From: Octopus vulgaris
Taxonomy: Eukaryota
NCBI GenBank assembly: GCA_951406725.2
Contig: OX597830.1
Span: 69,750,001 to 69,814,000 of the forward strand
Direction: 5' to 3'
Length of the DNA: 64,000 nucleotides
This document shows, one piece after another, positions 13,838-27,581 of this stretch (position 1 is its first letter; each line of letters starts with the position of its first letter). The notes beneath the pieces were generated by a model. That model was not told where the DNA came from. It was given only the letters and a program-made list of their open reading frames with translations, and ran no database searches. The translations under genes were made by a program, and so were the position numbers.

Positions 13838-16800
13838 CACACACACATACGTATACAGAGAGAGAGAGAGGTTGAAATGTCCATATTTTTTAGTTTTAAT
13901 TATTGTAAACATACCATAGGACGTAATTTAATTTGAAAATGGTTCAGTGAGTTTAAGTTCCCAAAAAAAAAAATGTCGTTGAATATCAACAACAATTATT
14001 TTATTCTTACAATTGAAGACACACTCACTAAGAAGCATTCATTTATGGAAATAATGTGATGTTAAAGCATTCAAGTAGTTTAGGTTGAAAATCCATGACT
14101 GAATCAAGGGTTGGCAATAGTTATCTCCCATTGAAAGCATAAGCATGGAGCTTCAACTTCAAACGAATTCGTTATTTACTAATCGAATTTGTGTGTGTGA
14201 TGTAGGCTCATTTTAAAAGAATTTACATGTAAAATTTGTCATATTCTAAAACTGCTTCTATTGGAGTTATTTAAAAACGGTTTTTCATGACAACAATAAC
14301 CTCCTCTGCCTTGGCTTATTTTCATTTACTTAGTTAATTTCTTTTTAATATTTGGCCATATTTGCTTCCTTATTAAATGCATTAAAACCTTATATAATGT
14401 TTCTGTGTCTTCTGTTTCTTGTTTTATTTTCAGTTAATACTCGCGAGTGTACTAAATGCTTTATACGATGCTGTGAACCAGATGTTACGAAAGAATGTCG
14501 AACGGAGGGCTCTCTTAGAAAACCTTGATGCTGTCTTCTTAGCGATTGATGAAATATGTGATGATGGGTATGTATAAATGGCAATATACTAATAAGAAAA
14601 AAAACCCCATTAGGATTCTTATTCAGGTGTCTTATATTCGTGAAAATGAAGATATGAGTCTCGTCCATTAATAATTGAAGTACTTGCTATAAAGTTTTCG
14701 GATCTTTTCGGTTTGACCGGCAGTTTTTTAAAATAATTTCCACGTAACTAAACACATTTAAACTTCGTATACTGGTAGAATGTGTTCATAAAACATATTT
14801 TTCTCTTGGCTTTATTGAGAAAATTCTATAGTTTGTAAGATATTTGTTGTTTTTTTCTTCAATTTCTGCAATTTCAACCAGTCAATGACGTCTATTGAGG
14901 TGAAAACATTCTGTGCCGTATGAATATGTCCCTCGTTTAAGAAACAGATTGGGTTTATTTACATTTCTGAAGAAAAAAAGATACCCTTCCCCTCACCCCA
15001 ACCCTAAAACAGATTGAAATGCAATAGATCGATACTAGGGTCATAATTATGGGTGACAATTTCATATGACACTGCTAGAAAAAACTGTCGGTCAAACCGA
15101 AAAGATCCAAATTTTCTAACAAAACGTCCACCTTTTCTTGCTTGCATGGGTTTAACGGAATTTGTTGGGGTAGATTTTCTATGGCCAGATACCCTTCTTG
15201 TCATCAACCTTCACCCGTTTCCAAGTAAAGTAATATTTCCCTATGGCCAGACATAAAACAAAATGGTTTGTATGAGAGTGATGCTTATTTACAACCATTG
15301 GATGATGCCGAGATAAGAGTACACACAACATGCTCAAACCACACACTCACGCATACATACATGCATGGGTAGGATGGATGGTTGACAGGAGCTGGCCAGG
15401 CAGAAGGCTACCCCAGGCTACGGGATGACCTTCCTAATGCCAACCACCCAGCAGAGTGGACTCGGTGCTCTTTATGTGGCACTTATTCTTTTGCTTGCTT
15501 CAGTCATTTGACCGCGGCCAACTGGAGCACCTCTTTGAAGGGTTTGAGTTGAACAAATCGACCCCAGGGACTGTTTTTTTAAAACTTAGTACTTAATCTA
15601 TCAGGCTCTTTTGCCCAACTGCTAAGTTACGGGGATGTAAACAACCCCCCCCCCTCTCTTTTGGAGAGGCACAAGCACCTACACAAACATATACACACAC
15701 GGCAGTAACTTCCGCCTACTGAATTCAATCACAAAGCTTCGGTCAGTTCGGGGCTATAGCAGAAGACACCTACCCAAAGTGCCACGCAGTGGGACTGAAC
15801 CTGAAACCATGTAGTTAGGAAGCAAGCTCCCTAACCACACAGCCATGCCCACACCTAATACCAATTATCAAGTGGTGATGGTTGGAGGGACAGACACAAA
15901 GACACACACATCATAAACGATGATGATGATGATAGACAGACAGATATAAATATTATTATCATTTTAACATCCACTTTTCTTTTCTTGCATGGGTTAGACA
16001 GAATGGGTTGAAGCAGATTTTTCTTTTGCCCAGACGTCCCCACCCCTCGCTTGGTTCAAAACATGTTATTACTTCCTTATGACTGGATATATTTCCATGG
16101 GAGATGAGAAACAAATTCTCTCCAGACCATCACAGGATAGCCACCGTATTTCATTGTTGGCTACAATCTTTTCACGTCGAATTCTTGATCACAGAATCTC
16201 CAGACCCATAATTGACTACTGACAGAAAATACAGCATATCTGCGACGATTTCATCTCAATCGAAGGAGAGGGGCTTTCTCCGTCTGGGTTGCGGATCCAT
16301 GGAATAAGCTGCCAGACGAGATGGTGAAGATGCCGACGACCGCTCGGTTCAAAGTCTCCCTTGACCTCAAGTGGCCTGAACTCTTTACATGAACACCACC
16401 CTGTACATAACTCCATGTCCCCCTACATGGCCTTGCTTTTTGCTTTTTGAGCCAAAAAATTAACCAACTAACTAACTAACATGAGAGAATATGACAGGGT
16501 CCCAAAATGCTACTGACCTCTCCACCATCTCACTAGCCCAATCTTTTCTCCACTTGATATTGGCTTCCTTATGCTGCTCTGCCATAGTAGCCAAGTTTGT
16601 GGAGACACTTGACGGCTGTTCTGGGACTGACATCAACTTTTTCTGCTCTGTTAGAGGCCTTGTAGTAAGGATTATCCTCCACACTTCACTTAACAAAGTG
16701 AAGAGTTCTGTCAGAGGACCCTGGTCGACCTAGGTAAGATGATGTGTACACCTTCCCCTCTGGTGAAATGCACAATCATTCTGTTAACTGTAGAAAGTGA

Positions 16801-17035
16801 GATCCCAAGGTTTTCTGCAATTTTATGCTAAGTCCACCTTCAGATTGACCCTCAATATGGCTTCTTTGAAATTCAGACAGTTCCAACGTTTCTTTTGTAT
16901 GTGACATGATTAAATTGTCACGTATAGAACCTGAAACATAAAAATGTCAATTAATAAAAAGTATAAACCTTTTCAAGTTAGAATAAACACAAAACAATGT
17001 TTTATGGGGTGTCTATTTATTTCTGTCATGTCTGT

Positions 17036-17073
<38 letters not shown>

Positions 17074-17125
17074 CAAGTTATGTAAAATGAATGTAGGTGA
17101 ATATACATATGTGTAATACATGCAC

Positions 17126-17157
<32 letters not shown>

Positions 17158-17811
17158 CTGTAAAATGTATGTATATCTATGTATCAGTATATCCGTCTGT
17201 CTCTCTCGTGTGTGTGTGTGTGTGTGTGTATCTTTACACACACATACCCACTACGTCCATATTGTGTGCAGCTGCTACTTCTTTCTGTCATATAGAAATT
17301 TTTTTTTATTATTCTTTACCTTATCTGTTGGGTACTTTTTCTCTCACTTGTATACAAAAACTGTATGTATTTGTTTGTTTTGTTTTTTGTTTTTCCAGTT
17401 TCAGCTTTTGAGCTGTGGCCATGCTGGGGCACCGCCATTGTGGTGAAAGAGTACAGCAGGGATCACCACCCCCTGCCGGAACCTCGTAGAGCTTTTAGGT
17501 GTTTTTTCGCTCAATAAACACACACAACGCCCGGTCTGAGAATCGAAACCGCGATCCTGCGACCGCGAGTCCGCTGCCCTAACCACTAGGCCATTGCGCC
17601 TCCACATGTATATCTTTATATATGAAAGTGAAGTTGTGTGTCTGTCTCCTACGATTTAGATTCCTAACTACAAAAGCAACATATTTCAACAGAAATATGA
17701 TTATGAAGGGTTAAAACTACATGCTTCTCTCCATTTGAGAGGGTTTTGTCTTGCAAGTTACTTGCTAATCCGCCCCCCCCCACTGGTGCTGGTACCAAAT
17801 ATAAAAACCTA

Positions 17812-17846
<35 letters not shown>

Positions 17847-18132
17847 TATCAAGCCCAAGCTGTTATATTTAATTTGTTTATCCTCATAATTGACTCACTC
17901 CCTCTAATACATACATTTATATAAACACATATGCACACACACATATATATATATATATAATACACACAGATAGGTACAGGAGTGGCTGTGTGGTATGTAG
18001 CTTGCTTACTAACCACATGGGTCCAAGTTTAGTCCCACTGCGTGGTACTTGGGCAAGTGTCTTCTACTGTAACCTCAGGCCGACCAAAGCCTTATGAGTG
18101 GATGTGGTAGATGGAAACTGAAAGAAGCCCAT

Positions 18133-18166
<34 letters not shown>

Positions 18167-21136
18167 CACATCTATGTGTGTATGTGTGTGTGTATATGTT
18201 TGTGTGTTTGAGTTTGTCCCCCCCAGCATTGCTTGACAACCAATGCTGGTGTATTTATGTCCCCCGTAACTTAGCAGTTTGGCAAACAAGACTGATAGGA
18301 GAAGTACTAGGCTTACAAAGAATAAGTCCTGGGGTTGATTTGCTTGACTGAAGGCAGTGCTCCAGCATGGTCGCAGTCAAGTGACTAAAACAAGTGAAAG
18401 AATAACAGAATATATATGCATGTATGTATAAAAGCATATAGGTATATATGTAATTTCAAAATTTTAAGAAAATTTTCCAGGCATAATTATTACTTAAGAC
18501 AGATATTTATGATGTTTTGTGAGTGTGTGTGTGTTGCTGTTGTATTTTGCTAATGCGTTGTTAGTGATCTCTATCTAATATCTGTTGTCATATGTTAGGG
18601 TTAGGGTTAGGGTTAGGGTTGTCATATGTAGCTCAATATCTTTGTGTTAATGTACCACACTAGCAATCACATGATCAGAAGTTCAAATCTTGGAGCTGTT
18701 AATGTTTTATTTTTTTTTTTATACTTTTGATTGAGGTATCTAACTATTTCTCTAGTGTGTCTCCACCTGACCAAAGAATAGACAAGTTCTACTTTTACTT
18801 CACAGTTAGTTAATTAACCCAGTGTTAATTAATGGTATCAAGCCCAGCTGTCAAAAACAGCCCCCCTCCCAAAATGTGTAATTGCCATCCATGCAACCGC
18901 AGAAACAAAAATATATATAAAACAGTGTAAAACAGGCAGAAGTGTGGCTGTGTGGTTATGAAGTTTGCCTTCTGACTACATGGTTTTGGGTTCAATCCCA
19001 TTGTATAGTACCTTGGTAAATTGTCATCTACTGTAGCCTCAGTAGTGGGTGCATTTGGTAGATGGAAACTGAAAGAAGCTCGTATATATATATATATATA
19101 TATACACATCTATGTGTGTGTGTATATGTTTGTGTGTCTGTGTTTGTCCCCCCAGCATTGCTTGACAACCAATGCTGGTGTATTTATGTCCCCCGTAACT
19201 TAGCAGTTTGACAAAAGAGACTGATAGAATAAGTACTGGGCTTTCAAAGAATAAGTCCTGGGGTTGATTTGCTTGACTAAAGGCAGTGCTCCAGCATGGT
19301 CGCAGTCAAGTGACTAAAACAAGTGAAAGAATAACAGAATATATATGCATGTATGTATAAAAGCATATAGGTATATATGTAATTTCAAAATTTTAAGAAA
19401 ATTTTCCAGGCATAATTATTACTTAAGACAGATATTTATGATGTTTTGTGAGTGTGTGTGTGTTGCTGTTGTATTTTGCTAATGCGTTGTTAGTGATCTC
19501 TATCTAATATCTGTTGTCATATGTAGCTCAGTATCTTTGTGTTAATGTACCACACTAGCAATCACATGATCAGAAGTTCAAATCTTGGAGCTGTTAATGT
19601 TTTATTTTTTTTTTATACTTTTGATTGAGGTATCTAACTGTTTCTCTAGTGTCCCTCCACCGGACCAAACAATAGACAAGTTCTACTTTTACTTCACAGT
19701 TAGTTAATTAACCTATTGTTAATTAATGGTATCAATCCCAGCTGTCAAAAACAGCCCCCCTCCCAAAATGTGTAGTTGCCATCCATGCAACCACAGAAAC
19801 AAAAATATATATAAAACAGTGTAAAACAGGCAGAAGTGTGGCTGTGTGGTTATGAAGTTTGCCTTCTGACTACATGGTTTTGGGTTCAATCCCATTGTGT
19901 AGTACCTTGGTAAATTGTCATCTACTGTAGCCTCAGTAGTGGGTGCATTTGGTAGATGGAAACTGATAGATGCTTGTCAAATATAAATGTGTGTGAGTGT
20001 TGGTGCCACATAAGGAGCATCCAGCCCACACTGTAAAGTGGTCGGCCTTTGGAAGGGCATCGAGCTGTATAAACCTTGTCAAAACTGACCTTGTTTGTGC
20101 TGGTGCCATATGGAAAGCACTCAGTCCACTCTGCAGGGTGGTTGGTGTTAGGAAGGCCATCCAGCCATAAAAAAAAACCCCTGCCAAAACAGACACAGAA
20201 ATCTGGTGCAATTTTCTACCTGGCCAGCTCCTGTCAAATCATCCAACCCATGCCAGCATGGAAAGCAGATGTTAAATGATGATGATGAGTACGTGTGTGT
20301 GTGTGTGTATATATATACAGGGTGCAATGGGTAAATTGTCGCCATTTTATATTTTTAATTTTGCACGTGTACATTGTTTGGTTTTGATTTTGTCGACTAC
20401 ACAGTATAGTAGGGTCAGTTGGGTACCATGATGCAATTCACTCTGCCAGAAATTTGGAAACGATATGCTGTACTGCTTGGTATTCATGCTGGAAGCTAGA
20501 ATATGGACATACAGAACAGCTGTTGGCTTGCCATGTCCCCAAAACATGTGCTGAGAGTCAACATCATGGTGTTTGGAGTGAACACTAGTGATGGTGATGT
20601 TATACCTCCATTCATCTTCCTACAGGCCTTAGACTCAGCATGGATGTCTACATCAAGTGCTGCCCTGGGTCAAGAGGGTGGCTGCTGGAAGACCCTGTGT
20701 CTGGCAACAAGACTCTGCACCATGCTACACAAGCAGGAGAATCCAGTCATGGCTGTCAGACAATTTCTGAGACCACATCATCTTTAACATCTGGCCACCT
20801 AACTCTTCAGACTGGAACCCCCTTGATTATTATGTGAGGGGTGCAGTTGAGCAAGGGATCAACAAAACTCCTTGTAACACACCAAAGATGAACTGAAGGC
20901 AAGGACTATGGCAGCATTCACCAACTTAAACAAGGTGACCATCCAGAAGAGCTTTAGGAGATTCCAAAGTCGTCTGGAGGCTGTGGTTGAAGCCAATGGC
21001 GATTTTATTGCATAAATTAACTCTTTAGTATTTCAAGATATTTTTTATGTAATTTTGCTAAATATATTTGTTAAAATGAGATGTCAGTGTTATTTTCATT
21101 TTTACGTTATTTAGACAACAGTATATTCACTGCACC

Positions 21137-21170
<34 letters not shown>

Positions 21171-21722
21171 GTGTGTGTGTATGTATATATTTCTGTCCCC
21201 TTGTTTTTACGTTACCTGAGAGTTGTGTCACTCGCACGGACCTATGATCAAAGGCATTCCAGCCTATAACAATCCTATATTATTTTCAAACATAGACGCA
21301 GGAATAGCTGTGTTGCTAAGAAGCTCACTTTGTAGCCGTGTGGTTTTGGGTTCAGTAGAACCGTGTGGTACCGTCTACTATAGCCCTGGGCTGACCGGTG
21401 CCTTGTAAATGAATCTGATAAATGGAAAGTACATGGAATCCATTCATGTGTGTGTGTGTGTGTGTATGCATATATACATGCATGCATACACGCACACATG
21501 AATGAATTCCATATATATATATATATACATACACATATATCCAGAATCCTTGTCCGGTACCAAATCGATCCCAAAATCTAATCAATTTGTGCCAGCCATG
21601 AGTCCAAACATCCCTTAGAGTTTCATCCAAATCCATCTAGCGGTTTTTGAGATATCTTCTCCACAGACAAACAAACAATAACAGAATATATATGCATGTA
21701 TGTATAAAATATATATATGTGC

Positions 21723-21755
<33 letters not shown>

Positions 21756-21786
21756 CATATATATACACATACATATATACATATGC

Positions 21787-21821
<35 letters not shown>

Positions 21822-22531
21822 CACACACATATATATATACACACACTTACATGCATACATATACGCGTGTGTCTTTGTGCTTGTCCCCCACCACCACCAC
21901 ATGACAACTGGAGATGGTTTGTTTACATCCTTGTAACTTCAGCAGTTTAGAAAAAGAGACTGATAGGATAAGTACCAGATTAAGAATATGTACTAGGGTC
22001 GATTCATTCAACTAAACCCTTCGAGGCAGTGCTCCAGCTTGGCCACAGTCTAATGACGGAAACATAAGATACATATATCCATAGCTACATTATGCAATGA
22101 GGCCTTTCTTTTTGTTATGATATTACATAATATTATAGTTTTGGCTGCTATTTCTAGCAGGTCAGGCATCATGCACAAGCTCCTTCAGAGATGGCTTACA
22201 AAAGAGCATAAATTGCTTATATTTTAAAATTTCGATTTTTGAGACTAGTTAATAGAAAATAAGGTAAGTTTGAGACTATATAAACCTGAGAATTATAGCG
22301 GAGAAATTCTTGCTGGATCTAATGAACAGACTGATAGATATTCTGTTCTTACTATAGCCCTGGGCTGACCGGTGCCTTGTAAATGAATCTGATAAATGGA
22401 AAGTACATGGAATCCATTCATGTGTGTGTGTGTGTGTGTATGCATATATACATGCATGTATACACGCACACATGAATGAATTCCATATATATATATATAT
22501 ACATACACATATATATACATATATGTAAACA

Positions 22532-22573
<42 letters not shown>

Positions 22574-22711
22574 CATATAAACATACGTACATATATTTAC
22601 ATATGTATATCTATATATATATATGTATATATACATATGTACACACATACACACATATATATACATACATACATATACATACACCGACACATTAATATAT
22701 ACATATATATA

Positions 22712-22753
<42 letters not shown>

Positions 22754-22778
22754 TATACACATACATATATACATATGC

Positions 22779-22813
<35 letters not shown>

Positions 22814-23449
22814 CACACACATATATATATACACACACTTACATGCATACATATACGCGTGTGTCTTTGTGCTTGTCCCCCACCACCACCACATGACAAC
22901 TGGAGATGGTTTGTTTACATCCTTGTAACTTCAGCAGTTTAGAAAAAGAGACTGATAGGATAAGTACCAGATTAAGAATATGTACTAGGGTCGATTCATT
23001 CAACTAAATCCTTCGAGGCAGTGCTCCAGCTTGGCCACAGTCTAATGACGGAAACAAAAGATAAAGATATCCATAGCTACATTATGCAATGAGGCCTTTC
23101 TTGTTGTTCTGATGATATTACATAATATTATAGTTTTGGCTGCTATTTCTAGCAGGTCAGGCATCATGCGCAAGCTCCTTCAGAGATGGCTTACAAAAGA
23201 GCATAAATTGCTTATATTTTAAAATTTCGATTTTTGAGACTAGTTAATAGAAAATAAGGTAAGTTTGAGACTATATAAACCTGAGAATTATAGCGGAGAA
23301 ATTCTTGCTGGATCTAATGAACAGACTGATAGATATTCTGTTCTTACTACTAGAAACTCTGCTTCTGGTTACTTTAAGAGAAGCATGGACAAAATTTGGT
23401 TAAAAACCACACAGCGTTACTACACACTTCACACATCCAGTATATTTGA

Positions 23450-23492
<43 letters not shown>

Positions 23493-23780
23493 TATTTTAC
23501 TTATGATGATATATATATATATATGCATATATGTACGTATACATATTCGTTTACTTGTTTCAGTCTTTTGATTGTGGCCAAGCTGGAGCACCACCTTGAA
23601 GGGTTTTAGTTGAACAAATTAACCCCAGGAATTATTATTTTAAGCTTAGTACCAATTCTGTCTGACTCTTTTGCCGAACCGCTAAGCCACAGGGACATAA
23701 ACATACTAACACCAGTTGTCAAGTGGTGATGGGGTGACAAACATAGACTCAAAGACACACACACACATAGATATATACAC

Positions 23781-23820
<40 letters not shown>

Positions 23821-24871
23821 CTGCATGTGTGTATGTGACAGCTTCTTTCAGTTTCTGTCTACCAAATCCACCCACAAGGTCTAGGTTGGCCTGAAGCTAT
23901 AGTAGAAGACACTTGCCTAAGGTGCCACACAGTGGGATTGAACCTGGAACTGTGTGTTTGGGAAGCATGTTTCTTACTACACAGCCACGCCTGCACTTAC
24001 ATACATATATATATATGTGCGTGTGTGTGTGTATGTATGTGTGTGTGTTTATATATATATGTATGTGTGTGTGTGTAGGATCATCATCATTATTTAACAT
24101 CCATTTTTTATGTTGGTATAAGTTCAGAGTTTTGCCAGGATCCTCTGTGTCGCAGGGCTGTGCCATGCTGCAGTGTCAGCTTTGGTATGCTTGCATGGAT
24201 CAGATCAAATTCGTTGAGGCAGATTTTATATGGTTGGATATTTCCCTTCCTGTCTCCCATTCGCACTTGCAAGCAAGATTATCTCCAAATAAGTTAATGT
24301 TTCCCCCATGCTTTCTCATGTTTTCACAGAGAATTGGGAAGGCGCGACACCACTTGGATGGAAATTGCACTTGTTTACTACTATAATGTAATGTTAAGGC
24401 AAGGTGACACACACACACACACACAGATACTCATGCATGCACACACATACACACACATATACATAAGGGTTGTTCAGGCTTCCTGTATGTTTTTTTAACC
24501 ATGCCAAAACAGACTGGGAGCCTGAACAGTTGGTCAGCTCCTGTCAAACTGTCCAACCCATGCCAGCATGGAAAACGGACGTTAAATGATGATGATATAT
24601 ACATGCACATGTGTATATCATGATGGGCTTCTTTCAGTTTCTGTCTATCAAATCCACTCATAAAACTTTGGTTAAACCGGGGCTGTAGCAAACGGCACTT
24701 GTCCAAATTGCCATGCAGTGGGACTGAACCCCAAACCATGTGGTTGGGAAGCAAGTGTCTTAATCACACAACCGGGCCTGTGTCTTTCACAGCCATACCT
24801 ACACCTATTATTAGTTGTTCTTTGTTGGAGAGGCTGAGGGGAGAGAGTAGATTTGTTTATCTTTGTTGTAG

Positions 24872-24912
<41 letters not shown>

Positions 24913-25542
24913 GTGTTTAAAGCATGTGTGCAAGAGAAAAGGAGAGAGAGAACATGTTAGAGATTTTATTTTCTCTTTGTTGGAAAATGCAATCTAAATG
25001 TAATAAATAGAAATAAATAGCCATTAATAATTTTGTGCTTATAAGAATTAAAAATTTTCATACAATTATAAATAGATTGCGCTGTCTCTCTCTCTTTCTC
25101 TTTCTCTCTCCCCACCTCTTCTACTAATTAGGTCACCTAGGCAACAAAATCTATCAACTACATCCAGTGAACCTTGCAAGCATTTTAAGGAATTTATTCC
25201 ATGTGTATTTTTACTGCTATCTGCTCCTTTGCATCTGCTGCACACAAAGTCTACCTTCTCTGCTAGCCTGCCTGTGATTCCATTACACCTCTTCCATGTC
25301 GATAGTTTACACTAGGTACACCATATTTCATTCCGTTTTATCTTTTTACTTGTTTCAGTCATTGGCACTGTGGCCATGCTGGAACACTGCCCCGATGGGA
25401 TTAGTTGAAACAGATTGACTCCAGTGCTTACCCTTTTTGAGAGTCTGGCACCTAATCTGATAGTCTGTTTTGCTGAACTGCTAAGTTCTAGGGACATAAT
25501 CAAACCAATACTGTGAGTCAAGTAATGGTGTAGGGGACACAT

Positions 25543-25587
<45 letters not shown>

Positions 25588-26447
25588 TATATATATGCAC
25601 AATGGGCTTCCACACAGTTTTCATTTTCTAAATTCACTCACAAGTCATTGCTTAACCTGGCGCTATAGAAGAAGGCTCTTGCTGAAGGTGCTGTACGGCA
25701 GGTTTGAACCTGAAACCATGTGGTTGAAAAGTAAGCTTCTTAACGACTCAGTCGTACTTGGAATTTCCACCTGCTCCTTTTTTGCGTATTGAGCACAGCC
25801 ATTTTTCTGATGGTTGCAGAATCTTGTTTTCTTCTCGGCTTAATAAAACTTTTACCTTTGCTAAGTTTTCTTTGAAGTTTTTCAATTCTTAGCTTTCAAT
25901 TCTTCCAAGCCTGGAATTTCTTCTGAATCTTCTACAGATTGACTGTAAGAGTTAGGTAATCGGTATTACAGGAATTCCTATAAACAGCTGCTCTCCATCT
26001 TATTTGTGTATATCTTCACACGCACGTACATGCACATGCAGACGTCAAACGGAATTTGTTGAGGCAGATTTTATATAGCCTGAAGCTCTCCCTGTTGCCA
26101 TCTCTCACCTGTTTTCAAGCAAGGTGGTATTTCCCAGTGGAAGACTGGAAACAAAGAACACCCCTTACATAATGGTAACGCTTGTTTACAACTATCATGC
26201 AATGTCAAAACAAGAAGCAAGTGCCCATCCCCTCTCTTTATATATTTATAAATATAGTTGTTGAATGCTTGAAATGAGGAGTAGATAGACAGCTGACAAC
26301 TGATGAAGGGTCCTTTCTCTGTGTTTTCTTGTCCTCTTCTCCATTATTTTTGTTGTTGTTTACATATTTAACTTGTTTGTTTGCTTATTTCATGTTGTTT
26401 GAACCATTGGAGATGTCCTGTACCCATATATGCATTTATATATATAC

Positions 26448-26523
<76 letters not shown>

Positions 26524-26829
26524 TTATATATATATATACACACACATTACCGGGCTGCATGTTGTGTTCTTGAGCAAGACACTTTATTTTACGTTGCTCC
26601 AGTTCACTCAGCTGTAGAAATGAGTTGTGACGTCACTGGTTCCAAGCTGTATCGGCCTTTGCCTTTCCCTTGGATAACACTGGTGGCATGGAGAGGGGAG
26701 ACCGGTATGCATGGGCGACTGCTGGTGTTCCATAAAACAACCTTGCCTGGACTTGTGCCTGGGATGGTAACTTTCTAGGATGCAATCCCATGGTCAGTCA
26801 TGACCGAAGGGGGTCTCAGCATACACACG

Positions 26830-26876
<47 letters not shown>

Positions 26877-27533
26877 GATGGGTTTCTTTCAGTTTTCATC
26901 TATCAAATTCATATTCAGAAATCTTTGGTCAGCTTGGGGCTACTGAAGAAAACACCCTAGGTGCCAGAAAGTGGGATTGAGCCCAAGACACAAGCAAGCT
27001 TCTTAACCACATGGCCATAGGCTATTTTGTGTGTGTGTGTGTGTAGGTGCAGGTGTGGCTGTGTGGTTGAGAAGCTTGCTTCCAAACCATTTGGTCTTTG
27101 GTTCAGCCCCTACTTTGTGGTATGCTGGGCAAGCCAAAGCCTTGTGAGTGGATTTGGTTGACGGAAACTGAAAATAGTTTTTGTCATATGTATTATATGC
27201 GTGTGTGTTTGTGTTTGTCCTTCAACTGATGTTGGTATGTTTACATCCTTGTAACTTAGCTGTTTGGCAAAAGAGAACGATAGAATAAATACCAGGTTTT
27301 AAAAAATAAGCACTGGGGCTAATTCATTTGACTAAAAGTTCTCCTAGGCAGTGCCCCAGCACGGCTGCAGATTAATAACTGAAACAAGGTGTGGCTGTGT
27401 GGTAAGAAGCTTACTTCTCAACCACATGGTTCCGGGTTCAGTCCCACTGAATAGCAAGTGTCTTCTACTATAGCCTCGGGCCGACCAAAGCCTTGTGAAT
27501 GGATTTGGTAGATGGAAACTGAAAGAAGCTTGT

Positions 27534-27581
<48 letters not shown>

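Noticed and set aside
17530-17605. Possible tRNA-Arg gene
   Set aside because: The acceptor stem is not closed and the sequence runs into a SINE body. It is treated as a SINE head.
21615-22942. Many ORFs rich in YI/IY/VC/HT (also 31270-31878, 35916-36668, 38400-38643, 63745-63987)
   Set aside because: These are translations of (TA)n, (TG)n and (CA)n microsatellites, which lack stop codons.
26270-26330. CTGATGA box preceded by a gaaatg motif, hammerhead-like
   Set aside because: No stem II or downstream GAAA could be built. At most a decayed PLE fragment.
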